Shown one piece after another: positions 1 through 11,649 of a stretch of 37,449 bases of DNA. The notes beneath the pieces were generated by a model. The model saw only the letters and a list, made by a program, of their open reading frames with translations. It had not been told where the DNA came from and made no database searches. The stretch comes from Octopus bimaculoides. Its lineage: Eukaryota. Within the stretch, counting starts at the first letter, position 1, and each line of letters begins with the position of its first letter. The stretch is taken from the NCBI RefSeq assembly GCF_001194135.2, contig NC_068983.1, positions 38,705,435 through 38,742,883 on the forward strand, read 5' to 3'. Both the position numbers and the translations under genes were made by a program.

Positions 1-795
1 TGTTCATCAATGCGCCATTCTTGTAAAAGAGTCACCAAAAAGAAAAGCACAATGGACAAATCTTTGTGTTGCAAGCAGTGTGTCCAACTCGGTGGTGCAT
101 TAGAGCAACAGTACTGAAACAAGCAGAAAACAATTATAAGAATATTCAAAATTGTTTTGCTTGACTTTCTTAATGACTTCTCGTTAAGAGCAACAACAAA
201 GGCTACTGTTAAAGGGCTGCTAAAGCAATCTGGCAAAGCTTCCATTTTGTTCGGCATTAAAATCGCTGGGGATATATTTGGGGTATGTGAGCCAGTGGCA
301 CGTAGCTTACAGTGCCCAAGCACGACAGCCGGTGATTGCTTGAAATTGATTGAAAAGTTGAAAAACTCTCTTTCAAAAATGAGAAGTGAGAAGGTTTTTG
401 AAAAATATTTTGATGAAGTATCTTCTTCTGACTTGGTGAAAATGCCCAACATTTCGCGATCTAAGAATACATCACTGCGCTTTAGGCACACAACAACTAC
501 TGAAGAAGCTGCTCTTTCTGTCACCGATGAGTGGCGTCGACAATTTTTCTCTATAGTGGCTGTCATCGAAAATGAATTGACTCACCGGTTTCAGCAACAG
601 GGAATACGTGTATGCTCTGAGCAAGAGGAATTGCTATTGTCAGCAGTCAAATTTGGAGTATTTAACTTTGAAAATGCACCTGCTTCTACCTGCTTCTTTT
701 GATTTACTCTTACTGTCATCTCAAATCAAACTTCTTGCTGGCCTATGGACGGAAAGGGAAAATTTGCCTAAATCATTTAATGACATAGTTAAAAA
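1..795 (+). pseudogene. Decayed hAT-superfamily (ZMYM1-like) transposase fragment
   Basis: Three frames joined by frameshifts: frame 2 ILVKESPKRK, frame 3 VCPTRWCIRAT (CPTRW at 81-95, a typical hAT motif), frame 1 ORF 157-702 (EWRRQFFSIVAVIENELTHRF). Runs into a gap. A hAT-like right terminus (GCACCCCCT...CCCGGGCCACTG) ends at 1766. Confidence 0.75.
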
Positions 796-1266
796 NNNNN
801 NNNNNNNNNNNNNNNNNNNNNNNNNNNNNNNNNNNNNNNNNNNNNNNNNNNNNNNNNNNNNNNNNNNNNNNNNNNNNNNNNNNNNNNNNNNNNNNNNNNN
901 NNNNNNNNNNNNNNNNNNNNNNNNNNNNNNNNNNNNNNNNNNNNNNNNNNNNNNNNNNNNNNNNNNNNNNNNNNNNNNNNNNNNNNNNNNNNNNNNNNNN
1001 NNNNNNNNNNNNNNNNNNNNNNNNNNNNNNNNNNNNNNNNNNNNNNNNNNNNNNNNNNNNNNNNNNNNNNNNNNNNNNNNNNNNNNNNNNNNNNNNNNNN
1101 NNNNNNNNNNNNNNNNNNNNNNNNNNNNNNNNNNNNNNNNNNNNNNNNNNNNNNNNNNNNNNNNNNNNNNNNNNNNNNNNNNNNNNNNNNNNNNNNNNNN
1201 NNNNNNNNNNNNNNNNNNNNNNNNNNNNNNNNNNNNNNNNNNNNNNNNNNNNNNNNNNNNNNNNNN
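796..1266. other. Assembly gap (N run)
   Basis: Run of N. Other gaps: 3718-4670, 11863-11872, 14971-15185, 18115-18124, 36193-36339. Confidence 1.
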
Positions 1267-1587
1267 ACTTGCTGTAAAAGGAGCGAGGTTATCCATGTAA
1301 TACAAAAAGAAAATTGCAGATAAGTTGAATATAAAAGTGAAAAATAATCATTGAATACTGAAAAAACATTCACCTCCCCTAACTTTAAACCCTAACCCTA
1401 ATCCCTAACCCTTAATAAAATATGGGAAAAGCTGGAGATGAATGTTTTGAAAACATTCTGAACTATCTTTCAGAATGGTTTACTTTTCAATGAAATGTCA
1501 TTTTGTTATTTTTCATGTTTTTATTCAATTAATCTGCAATTTTCTTCTTGTATTAGATGGATAACCCACCCTCCATTTACAGCAAGT
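1267..1587. mobile_element. Foldback/MITE-like element with long imperfect TIRs and internal (CCCTAA)-like repeats
   Basis: ACTTGCTGTAAA...GGTTATCCAT.TAATACAAAAAGAAAATTGCAGAT (1267-1345) is the reverse complement of about 1497-1587. Inner IR AAAACATTCACCTCC / GGAGATGAATGTTTT flanks CCCTAA-type units at 1377-1415. Confidence 0.7.
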
Positions 1588-1777
1588 AGCGAGCGTCTCA
1601 TTTTTTTTTACCTGTGTGCTAAATTCGACTACTTATGACTAACACGGGCGCATGCGCAAATTTGTGACATGCATACTCCCAGAACTCGGATCCACACTTC
1701 TCCAGTAGTGCTAAATTTTGAAACTGAGTTTGCACCCCCTAAGCAAATTTTGTTCCCGGGCCACTGCCGTAGGCTTG

Positions 1778-2276
1778 CGTAAACAAAGAGATGTGGGTTC
1801 GAGTCCCACGTGTACGGGAAAACCTACTTTTTCTGTCGAGGGCTTATATGCTCCATTATTAGACTATTTTCTTTAGTCATTGCGCGGTGATCACTATAAG
1901 TTTTAAGCCTATAAAATATTATTATTATTATTTGCAGAATTGCAAAAATCGACACTGCTTAACAAAACCATCGCAGTAAAAGCACATGAAAGTTTGTTGA
2001 CAAAAACATCTACGAACTAATTACAGTTTTTAAATCTGACAGAAAAAAAGCAGGTGGGTTCGCTGGTGTAATCAGTGGCACATTTGGTCACGTAAACAAA
2101 GAGATGTGGGTTGGAGTTCCACATGCACGGGAAAGCCTACTTTTTCTGTCGTGGCCTTATATGTCCCATTATTAGACTATTTTCTTTAGTCATTGCGCGG
2201 TGAACGCTAGAAGCTTTAAGCTTATAAAATACAATTATTATTATTTACAGAATTGTAAAAATCGACACTGCTTAAC
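1778..2276 (+). mobile_element. Two diverged copies of a tRNA-derived SINE-like unit (1778-1963 and 2062-2276)
   Basis: About 186 bp shared. B-box GGTTCGAGTCC at 1796-1806; A-box-like TGGTGTAATCAGTGG at 2064-2078 in copy 2. Confidence 0.6.
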
Positions 2277-3174
2277 ATAAATATATAGACAAATAGATAT
2301 ATTTATATATAGACATTTATATATAGACAGATAGATATACATACGCACACATACATATACAAGTGTATAGTATTATGGTTTATCGTATCAATTGATTTCA
2401 TACTGGGTATTAAACCGGATGTTACATAACAAACCAGTTATATAATATCATATGCTTGTCAGAGATGGCACGCACAGAAAAAATATGGCCATTGTGTGGT
2501 GAAAAAAATGTAGTGAAAAAACACATGCAACTCCTGGGTGCCGTGAAAAAAAAGACAAAACGAATTGAGCCGGGCTTAAATCAAAAGTTATGTCTCGTAG
2601 CATCAAACAGCCTCTGGAATGCTGTAAGTTTACAAGAGTTTCCCGGAAAATATGTGTAGGAATTAGGGGTTGGTATTCGTGTGGGGTTGGAATGTATGCA
2701 AGGGTATTATATGTGTACGTTGTTTATTGAAGTATGGTGAGTGTGGTTGGCGGTTGTCTGAACGCTTGAAGTCATATTAGGGTGCATACGTGTTTATTCA
2801 TTTGTGTGTGTCTTGGTTAAACTATTTGCTAAATTCCCAACGTCTGGTGAGGAAAGAGCTGGAGTTCGACACTCCTCAAAACCATAGAACTCCCAAAGCA
2901 GAGCCCCACAACCGGATGCAGTTTAAAGTCATACCCAATACACATACGCACAACACACACACACAGCTGGTTGTTGATGAATTTTTCCGCTTTGTAAGGT
3001 TAATTTACTTTACGTTATTGCTGTTCTAACGGCATTTTTGCGTTCCGAAATAAATTATCTGATTTGTATCTATATACACATTTCGGCGCTTATAAAAAAA
3101 CAAATGTTAGTTTCTTTAAATACACACACACACACACACATAAATGAAGATATTATTATTAATAAATAATAATA

Positions 3175-5651
3175 TAGATGTTTTCGACCTAGTTTGGATT
3201 CTTTGCCATCAAATTTGAATTTTTCAATGGGACTTTGTAAGACAAGCTAAAACGCAGAAAACGGTCTAGAGGCATGCGCTGAAGTGTTGCAAATGGTAGA
3301 AAGTAGGAGTCTTCATCCCCGAAAGAATATTCGATGACCACAAATCGATTCGAAGCTAGTTTCTCGAAATTGGTGCTCAAGCTTTGAAAAAAAAAAAAAA
3401 AAAGTTAAACTACATCAGCCGTAAGGCAATACATGTCTATCTTATCTAACTAGTCCAGTAGAGCCCACTGTTACTCGAACTTCGATCTAACCCCGAGCTT
3501 GGGACAACAAATTTGAGTTGGATAAACTCGAATAGTAAACTCTTTGCTCTTTATAACCGTTTTATGAAGTCACTTTTTTTGTTAAAAAATTGTTCAATTT
3601 GCATCTCCTCAAAGCGAACGGACTGGTTCTTTTAAGGTCACTCTTGAGTAAAGTTCGAATAGCATAGTTCTCGAATGAAAACTCTGCAGCTATCAAGAAC
3701 TTATGAGCATTACTTTTNNNNNNNNNNNNNNNNNNNNNNNNNNNNNNNNNNNNNNNNNNNNNNNNNNNNNNNNNNNNNNNNNNNNNNNNNNNNNNNNNNN
3801 NNNNNNNNNNNNNNNNNNNNNNNNNNNNNNNNNNNNNNNNNNNNNNNNNNNNNNNNNNNNNNNNNNNNNNNNNNNNNNNNNNNNNNNNNNNNNNNNNNNN
3901 NNNNNNNNNNNNNNNNNNNNNNNNNNNNNNNNNNNNNNNNNNNNNNNNNNNNNNNNNNNNNNNNNNNNNNNNNNNNNNNNNNNNNNNNNNNNNNNNNNNN
4001 NNNNNNNNNNNNNNNNNNNNNNNNNNNNNNNNNNNNNNNNNNNNNNNNNNNNNNNNNNNNNNNNNNNNNNNNNNNNNNNNNNNNNNNNNNNNNNNNNNNN
4101 NNNNNNNNNNNNNNNNNNNNNNNNNNNNNNNNNNNNNNNNNNNNNNNNNNNNNNNNNNNNNNNNNNNNNNNNNNNNNNNNNNNNNNNNNNNNNNNNNNNN
4201 NNNNNNNNNNNNNNNNNNNNNNNNNNNNNNNNNNNNNNNNNNNNNNNNNNNNNNNNNNNNNNNNNNNNNNNNNNNNNNNNNNNNNNNNNNNNNNNNNNNN
4301 NNNNNNNNNNNNNNNNNNNNNNNNNNNNNNNNNNNNNNNNNNNNNNNNNNNNNNNNNNNNNNNNNNNNNNNNNNNNNNNNNNNNNNNNNNNNNNNNNNNN
4401 NNNNNNNNNNNNNNNNNNNNNNNNNNNNNNNNNNNNNNNNNNNNNNNNNNNNNNNNNNNNNNNNNNNNNNNNNNNNNNNNNNNNNNNNNNNNNNNNNNNN
4501 NNNNNNNNNNNNNNNNNNNNNNNNNNNNNNNNNNNNNNNNNNNNNNNNNNNNNNNNNNNNNNNNNNNNNNNNNNNNNNNNNNNNNNNNNNNNNNNNNNNN
4601 NNNNNNNNNNNNNNNNNNNNNNNNNNNNNNNNNNNNNNNNNNNNNNNNNNNNNNNNNNNNNNNNNNNNNNATATATATATATATATATACATACACATAT
4701 ACACACATATATATACACCCACACATACATATACATACATACACACACATATCCATACCTACACATACACACGCATATACCTTTATCTCAGGATAGCAAA
4801 TAAACCTGATCTGATTTAAATCAACAATTGTTGATCATAACTTTTAATCATAAGGGTAATTTCACCCTTCCCTCTCCCCCAAAATTGCATAAAATTGCTT
4901 TAAAGCGCGGGTTTATGCTACATCCTCCCTCCACCCGTAGTATGTCCTTCAACTAGACTGTCTATTGTACATGGCATGCACGTGTCTTAGATGATACGTG
5001 AACGCATTCAGGCAGGTCGTTATATCAGGATTAGTATGGGCTCATTTTTTCCTTTATGCCTACGTATAGTGAATTGCTATTAGTGATAGTATTACGCAAA
5101 AGTAATGCTCATAAGTTCTTGATAGCTGCAGAGTTTTCATTCGAGAACTATGCTATTCGAACTTTACCCAAGAGTGACCTTAAAAGAACCAATCCGTTCG
5201 CTTTGAGGAGATGCAAATTGAACAATTTTTTAACAAAAAAAGTGACTTCATAAAACAGTTATAAAGAGCAAAGAGCTTACTATTCGAGTTTATCCAACTC
5301 AAGTTTGTTGTCCCAAGTTCGGAGTTAGATCGAAATTCGAGTAACAGTGGGCTCTACTGGACTAGTTAGATAAGATAGACATGTATTCCTTTACGGCTGA
5401 TGTAGTTTAACTTTTTTTTTTTTTTTTCAAGGCTTGAGCACAAATTTCGAGAAACTAGTTTCGGATCGATTTGTGGTCATCGAATATTCTTTCGAGGATG
5501 AAGACTCCTACTTTCTACCGTTTGCAACACTTCAGCACATGCCTGTTGACCGTTTTCTGCGTTTTAGCTTGTTTTACAAAGTCCCTTTGAAAAATTCAAA
5601 TTTGATGGCAAAGAATTCAAATTTGAATCCAAACTAGATCGAAAACATCTA
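3175..5651. mobile_element. Foldback-type DNA element with TIRs of at least 540 bp and TA flanks
   Basis: 3175-3717 is the reverse complement of 5098-5651, with scattered substitutions and one short duplication. Termini TAGATG...CATCTA are flanked by TA (3173-74, 5652-53). Interior is partly gap. Confidence 0.65.
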
Positions 5652-5939
5652 TAATATAAGTGACTAGCAAGCATAAAAACCCCAAAGGTAGATTTATAAA
5701 TTTATAATTATAATTGTAATTAAGGGTACCAGATAGTACCAGCTTTGTTGAAATAAAAGTCGAAAAAAATTCGAATAAGCTACAATATCACTGAAAGTTC
5801 AACAAGCTGATGAAATCGAAGAGTAAAAGGCCAACCTAGCAAGATGTAAATGAATGTAAAAAGATGTAAAAAGCAAGATGTAAATGAATTTGCAGATATA
5901 CCCATTTCATGTGATTTCGAACTCTGAGATAATACTCTT

Positions 5940-6070
5940 AGTCTTCATCAGTAGCTCCGTGGATGAAAGGCAAAGTCGACCTCGGCGGGATTTGAACTCA
6001 GAACGTAATGGCAGACGAAATACCGCTAAGCATTTCGTCCGGCGTGCTAACTTTTCTGCCAGCTCACCTT
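5940..6070 (-). mobile_element. tRNA-derived SINE, family A (GAGCTGGCAGAA...GAGTTCAAAT...GGTCGACTTTGCCTTTCATCC), CpGs retained
   Basis: Matches other in-window copies at 18629, 18856, 29445, 29704; B-box-like GAGTTCAAATC. Confidence 0.8.
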
Positions 6071-6157
6071 TCAACGTAACAAATATTGTCTCAGGTTGCT
6101 GGTCGGTGCAAATATCATTGGTGACGTGAAACTTAAGTCATTGCTTGTTTTTTATTT

Positions 6158-6530
6158 GGTTCTCCAAGAGCAATGAAAGACATCTCCAAATGTAATCTGC
6201 CCTTCATATGGAAACCTAGCAGAAAAAAACTTGATTACGCCGGCTTTGTTTACCGAATCATTTGTGGAACTTTTCTGCCTTGCTGTCAAAAGTTACTGTG
6301 AGAAAAATAATTTCGATCCCAAGGCATTTCTACTTTTTGTAAAAACGCCCCTGGTCATCTTTCCAATCACGATTCATTGCGAACGAGCGTACCTGTTGAA
6401 CTACATTACGTTTCTGTAAACACAATTTCACTATTTACTACGTCAGCATATTATCTTAGAAGATCTTGAAGTTGATTACAGCAACGGTGATAAACATCAG
6501 TCCATCAAAGAGTTCAGGAAAATTACATTA
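6158..6530 (+). pseudogene. Tigger/pogo (CENP-B-like DDE_1) transposase relic
   Basis: GSPRAMKDISKCNLPFIWKPSRKK, frameshift, then ITPALFTESFVELFCLAVKSYCEKNNFDPKAFLL, then NTISL..AYYLRR. This follows the Tigger pattern PRA.K..LP..W..NKKAW.T..LF..F.P.VK.YC..KALL. Confidence 0.75.
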
Positions 6531-6594
6531 TGCAAATAAATAAAGAAAGAAATGAAGAAATCTTAAAGATGTTTGGAAATGAAGTTAGGCAGAA

Positions 6595-6990
6595 GCGTGG
6601 ATGTGTAGTAAGAAGTTTGCTTCCCAAATGCATGATTCCGGGTTCAGTCCCACCGCGGGCCAGCTTGAGCAACTGATTGCTATTATAGCCTTAGGCCAAC
6701 CAAACGTTTGTGGGTTAATTAGAAGGACGAAAACTGAATGTGTGTGTGTGTGTGTGCGTGCGTGTGTGCGAGTATGTGTGGTATATTTGTTGCCCACCAC
6801 TACTTGACGAACAGTCTTGGTTTGTTTACGTCCCCGTAACTTAGCAGTATTGCAAAAGAGAAACCACTAGTATAAGTACCAGACTTAGAAATATGTACAG
6901 GGGTCGTTTTTTTACGACTAAAGCCTTCAAGGCAGTGCCCCAGTATGGCCGCAGTTCAATGACTGCGATAACTAATAGGAATATGGAAAA
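6595..6990 (+). mobile_element. tRNA-derived SINE, family B (degraded)
   Basis: Head GTGG.TGTGTAGTAAGAAGTTTGCTTCCC...GGGTTCAGTCCCAC, central (TG)n, tail GGCAGTGCCCCAGTATGGCCGCAG, shared with copies at 7981 and 35897. Confidence 0.75.
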
Positions 6991-7184
6991 TAAAAGTTTT
7001 AATATAATTTTTAAAAAAATCTAATCGGACCAATTGATAACATTTACGGTTTCATTTTTAAAAACTTTATACCAAAAAAACCACGTATAATTTCTTGATA
7101 ATACATATGATTTATATACATATAATCTTTGAAAATACAAATTTGTTCAAAAGGCTTTTCATGTATGTATGAAAAGACTATGAA

Positions 7185-7234
<50 letters not shown>

Positions 7235-7529
7235 AATCACCAGTAAATAAACAACAAAAAGCAACAGCAGTCAATTAGATGTACACAGTGAATGTATTGG
7301 GTGAACATTTTAGATGGAAAAGTAGGTGTGGAAATGACGTCCGAGCATGGTTCTTCGTCAGAAAGAGGAAAAAGCCCAGAGAGGAGGGAAAGTAGTTAGT
7401 CTGGCGCAAAGCACGTATGTCATTACATGATCAAGATAGATAAATAGATTCAAACATACACGCACACATATACATGTGTGTGTGGAGGTGTGCCTCATTG
7501 GCTTGACATGACGTGTTAATTGCAAACAA

Positions 7530-7725
7530 GTTTCACTGTCGTACAAGCGGTGCCGTTCATTTCCAGTCTTCCTTGGAGACATGTCCAGCCGTTGGGAAAT
7601 ATTACTTTACTCGGAAAAAAATTTAGGGTTGGCGATAAGAAAGCATCTGGGCGTAGAAAACCGCCACAACTGATTCGCGCAAGCATGAAAGAGTGGACTT
7701 GATAATGACGACGACGACGATGATG
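7530..7725 (+). mobile_element. Retroposon fragment related to family D (GGTTGGCGATAAGAAAGCATC...(GAT/GAC)n tail)
   Basis: Shares the GGTTGG...GGAAGGGCATCCAGCCGTAGAAA-type motif and (GAT)n tail with the 21853 and 27727 copies. Confidence 0.5.
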
Positions 7726-7980
7726 CATAGACTCAGATAACTAAATGAAAATCAAAATAAGGTGAACAGTTCCATTTGGCAAACATCGTTCAGGCATCTA
7801 TCCCTTGTTTACTTCGCACGTCGATTTTTTTTCTCATTATTTTGTTTTTACATGCTCGAAACACTCATATTCGTATATATTGGCAATTCATAGTAATGGT
7901 CCCCTCCAAGTTATGCGCTTGTACGCGTGAACGCATGTTTTACAAGTAGCGCACGAAGTAAAAAAAAATTTTAGACAATA

Positions 7981-8330
7981 GGCGCAGCGTGGCTGTGTGG
8001 TAAGAAGCTTGCTTCCCATCCACATGGTTCAGTCCCACTGCGTAGCATCTTGGGCAAGCGTCTTCTACTATAGCCTCGGGCCGACCAAAGCCTTGTGAGT
8101 GGATTTGGTAGACGGAAGCAGAAAGAAGCCCGTCGTATATATATATGTGTATATTTGTGTGTGTGCGCGCGCGCGCGTCCGTAACCAGCGGTTCGGCAAA
8201 TGATATCGATACAATAAGCACTAGGGTTACAAAGAATAAGTTCTGGGATTGATTTGTTCGACTAAAAGCGGGGTTCCAGCATGGCCGCAGTTAAATAACT
8301 GAAACAAGTAAAATAATAAAAGAATAATAA
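7981..8330 (+). mobile_element. tRNA-derived SINE, family B, near full length, CpG-rich
   Basis: GGCTGTGTGGTAAGAAGCTTGCTTCCC head, CORE-like TCTTGGGCAAGCGTCTT, internal TA/TG microsatellite, A-rich tail. Confidence 0.85.
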
Positions 8331-8783
8331 GATCAATTTTTTTTTAATTCAAGAAATAAACTGTTTACTTAATTTCACAATAAAATCTGAAATAAAGCTC
8401 TTTTAAAATGGTATGCATTTATTTAGATGGTCACTGAGTATTTAAAATATGGTTACTCGCGGGTATGTACGCATACTTGACCACGTAAAACAAAATTTGC
8501 GCGCAAGCAAATTTCTGTGCACACCCACAACAAAAAGTTAGAAGGAATATTGTTCATAAACTTGGGTGGTAGCAACCTCTTGTCAGTTCAGAAGAGGGCG
8601 GCAAATGTCAAACGACGCTACGGGTGGTCGGTGGGTTGTTTAATAGGGGCGTGATTATTCTTGGAGATAAAATAGTAAAACCAGGTACATTAGTTATATT
8701 TTAAACACATTTTAAAAAGTGTTTGTGATGGTATTAGAATATATATTGTATTATCAGTAAAGGCGCGCACCTAGTAGAATGAC

Positions 8784-9060
8784 TTAATCAGAATTGGGAA
8801 TTTTTCTAAGTATGGTTCTCAGCTGGGTGTAGAAAATAGTTTTATCTTCATCACAACTGGCCAAAGTAGGTGCATAGACACTTATTAAAGTAGCAAACCG
8901 CCCACCTCTCAGGTGCAAACGCTGAGTCATTAGACGATCATTTATAAGAGCAGGAAGCACCTCCACCTTATCAAGGATTATTAAGGATTGCAGATCGAAC
9001 TGCAAAGCCAACACCAGCCTCTCTGCGCTCCTCTATCGGTTTCCCCTTCCAAAAGAGAAA
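8784..9060 (-). mobile_element. RTE-clade LINE apurinic-endonuclease fragment
   Basis: FLFWKGKPIEERREAGVGFAVRS, frameshift, then INDRLMTQRLHLRGGRFATLISVYAPTLASCDEDKTIFYTQLRTILRKIPNSD. These are characteristic RTE endonuclease motifs. Confidence 0.9.
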
Positions 9061-9070
9061 AAAAAAAGGG

Positions 9071-9403
9071 TTTATCCACCTACTTTCTCAAGCTGACCAT
9101 CACCTTGTTAGAATGAATGATAGCAGGACTCCTACACAGATGCTATATGGAGAACTTGTTAGTGGAAAGCATATGTTTGTCAAGAGCAGGGCTCGTTAGT
9201 CACCAACGGAGCCGCAAGTGTAAAGTATAAGGTAGTCTTGAGTGCACAATGTTCCTAAAGGTCAGCAATGGCCTTCCTCGGTCGCGAGCGAAAGGCCAAC
9301 ATGTATACATATCATTATTCAGTTTTATTTCAAGATTTCTTGCCAATAGAGAAAGAGTCGGTTTCTAACCTAGATCCAAGGTTCCTTCTTTGGAATTTCA
9401 ACA
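9071..9403 (+). mobile_element. RTE-clade LINE C-terminal and probable 3' UTR fragment
   Basis: 9092-9172 reads HLVRMNDSRTPTQMLYGELVSGK (RTE motif GH..RM...R.PK..LYGEL..GKR). Followed by non-coding sequence ending in an (ATGT)n tract. Confidence 0.75.
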
Positions 9404-9464
9404 TGTATGTATGTATGTATGTATGTATGTATGCATGTATGTATGTATGTGCTTGTGAAAGCGT

Positions 9465-9670
9465 ATGAGTTTGTCGTCACCAACGCTTGACAACCGGTGT
9501 TGGTTTGTTTACGTCTCCATTACGGAGCGGTTCGGCAACAGTAACCAATAGAATAAGTATCATACTTAGGGGGGGGGGAACCCATATGTACTGGGGTCAA
9601 CTTGTTCGACTAAAACCCTTCTAGGCGTTACTACAGCATGGCCGCAGTTTAATGAAACAAGTAAAAGATA
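9465..9670 (+). mobile_element. SINE family B 3' half
   Basis: CGCTTGACAACCGGTGTTGGTTTGTTTACGTC...GCGGTTCGGCAA...CAGCATGGCCGCAG. Confidence 0.75.
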
Positions 9671-9910
9671 TATATTATGCATACATGTATATATACACAC
9701 ACATAAACGCATACACAGGTACACAGACATGTACACACATATGTGCATACGTGCATATATGAATGTGATGTAATGTACATGTACCGGCATGCTTCTTCTA
9801 AATGACATACATATATTCGTGTTTATGACGAATGCCTGTGAGTGGGTAATGATTTCTATACATTTGAGAACGAGTGGGAGTAAATCAAGGGTGAGTGAGT
9901 GAGTGTGTTT

Positions 9911-10020
<110 letters not shown>

Positions 10021-10383
10021 AGTTCATGATGTAAACAAACTCAGGAAAAAAAAAGCCTGCTTTGCATATCGTTAAAAATAATAGCCACAGGCATTGGAAT
10101 GAATGAATGTTTTGATTTTTCGTTCAATATTATTTTGATTGAGAATAAGAAAACTATGTTAAAAAAACAGTGACGCGAGAAATGCGTGTGAGGGGGATGT
10201 GCGTGTGCGTGTGCATGGGTGTGTGGGGAGGGAGTGCTGTCGGGGAGGGGAGAGGGTGAGTGGTGGTGGTGGTGGTGGTGGGGATGCTATTTCAGCAAAG
10301 ATCATTTCGGGAAGAAGAATAAAAATGTACGGAGATCTGCTACCACGAATCTATTGAATGTATATGTATGGATGTAACGAGGC

Positions 10384-10418
<35 letters not shown>

Positions 10419-10428
10419 TGTATGTATA

Positions 10429-11006
10429 TATTCTCAGTTCCAGTGATGGATTGGATCTGTAGTCTTCGAATTAGCTTTCTCCTTTCTGATTTTGAGAAGC
10501 CTAATTTCTTAAGATTGGTATTTAAGCAGTGTGCTACATATTCCAGAGCTCCAATGATTACAGGTATAAATGTGAACTTGTAACCGGGATAGAGTAACTG
10601 CAGCTTTCTCAATAGTTCAGTACAGGTGTTCTCTTTTTTAAACATCCACTGGGCAACTAATTTCCACAACTGTGCACAGTTTCTCTTCTCTATCCCAAAT
10701 CATTATATCAGGTATGTTGTGCATACATTTTATTGAGGACTTCACTGGTACATTCCACCAGTATTCCTTTTTATTATGAGGCGCTATGGCTTCTATCATA
10801 TTTTGGGTTCTTATTTCTTTATCCTTAGGATTATACTTCCGACGAATTTCATTATAGGGTGTTCTAGCTACAATATCATGTCTCATCGGTAGATAATACT
10901 GTGATGATATTTTCGGACAGCTGCTTATGATGTGGATGATATCTTCAGTGTGAACTCAACAAAGTCTGCATCCGTTGTCACATTTTACGGCTTTTCCTGC
11001 ATCTCT
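10429..11006 (-). mobile_element. R4/Dong-like non-LTR retrotransposon fragment (CCHC knuckle plus restriction-like endonuclease)
   Basis: CRLC*VHTEDIIHIISSC (CCHC), RHDIVA, PDIMIWDREEKLCTVVEISCP (PD..D/E core), then after a frameshift FIPVIIGAL. Contains a stop and a frameshift. Confidence 0.85.
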
Positions 11007-11052
11007 ATGTATGTATGTATGTATGTATGTATGTATGTATGTATGTATGTAT

Positions 11053-11440
11053 GGAGGCGCAATGGCCCAGTGGTTAGGGCAGCGGACTCGCGGTCATAGG
11101 ATCGCGGTTTCGATTCCAAGACCGGGCGTTGTGAGTGTTGATTGAGCGAAAACGCCTAAAGCTCCACAAGGCTCCGGCAGAGGATGGTGGCGAACCCTGC
11201 TGTACTCTTTCACCACAACTTTCTCTCACTCTTACTTCCTGTTTCTGTTGTGCCTGTAATTCAAAGGGTCAGCCTTGTCACATTGTGTCACGCTGAATCT
11301 CCCCGAGAACTACGTTAAGGGTACACGTGTCTGTGGAGTGCTCAGCCACTTGCACGTTAATTTCACGTTAATTTCAGGCTGTTCCGTTGATCGGATCAAC
11401 TGGAACCCTTGACGTCGAAAGCGACGGAGTGCCAACAACA
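11053..11440 (+). mobile_element. tRNA-derived SINE, family C, full length
   Basis: A-box TGGCCCAGTGG, B-box GGTTTCGATTCC, unique body ending GACGGAGTGCCA-ACAACA. Flanked by (ATGT)n on both sides (11007-11052, 11441-11478). Confidence 0.85.
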
Positions 11441-11649
11441 ATGTATGTATGTATGTATGTATGTACGTACGTACGTACTTATGCCAAAAGTAAAATTATA
11501 TTGTATTTTCTGAAAGCTGAAACTTTACGATGCGTTACTTTGAGTTTCTCGTTTTCGATATTGAAAACGAGAAACTGACAAGTTTCGCGATCCATTATAG
11601 GATATGAAGTTAGATATTGCCTGAGCCAGTAATGGCCATACCTAAGTGT

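Noticed and set aside
608-4803. Long ORFs running through N gaps (608-1300, 3562-4746, 3675-4796 and similar at 14573-15496 and 36065-36438)
   Set aside because: Length comes from X residues and dinucleotide repeats; no coding evidence.
11053-11125. tRNA genes at A/B-box sites (also 2062, 19611, 33731)
   Set aside because: No complete cloverleaf; each continues into a SINE or PLE body.
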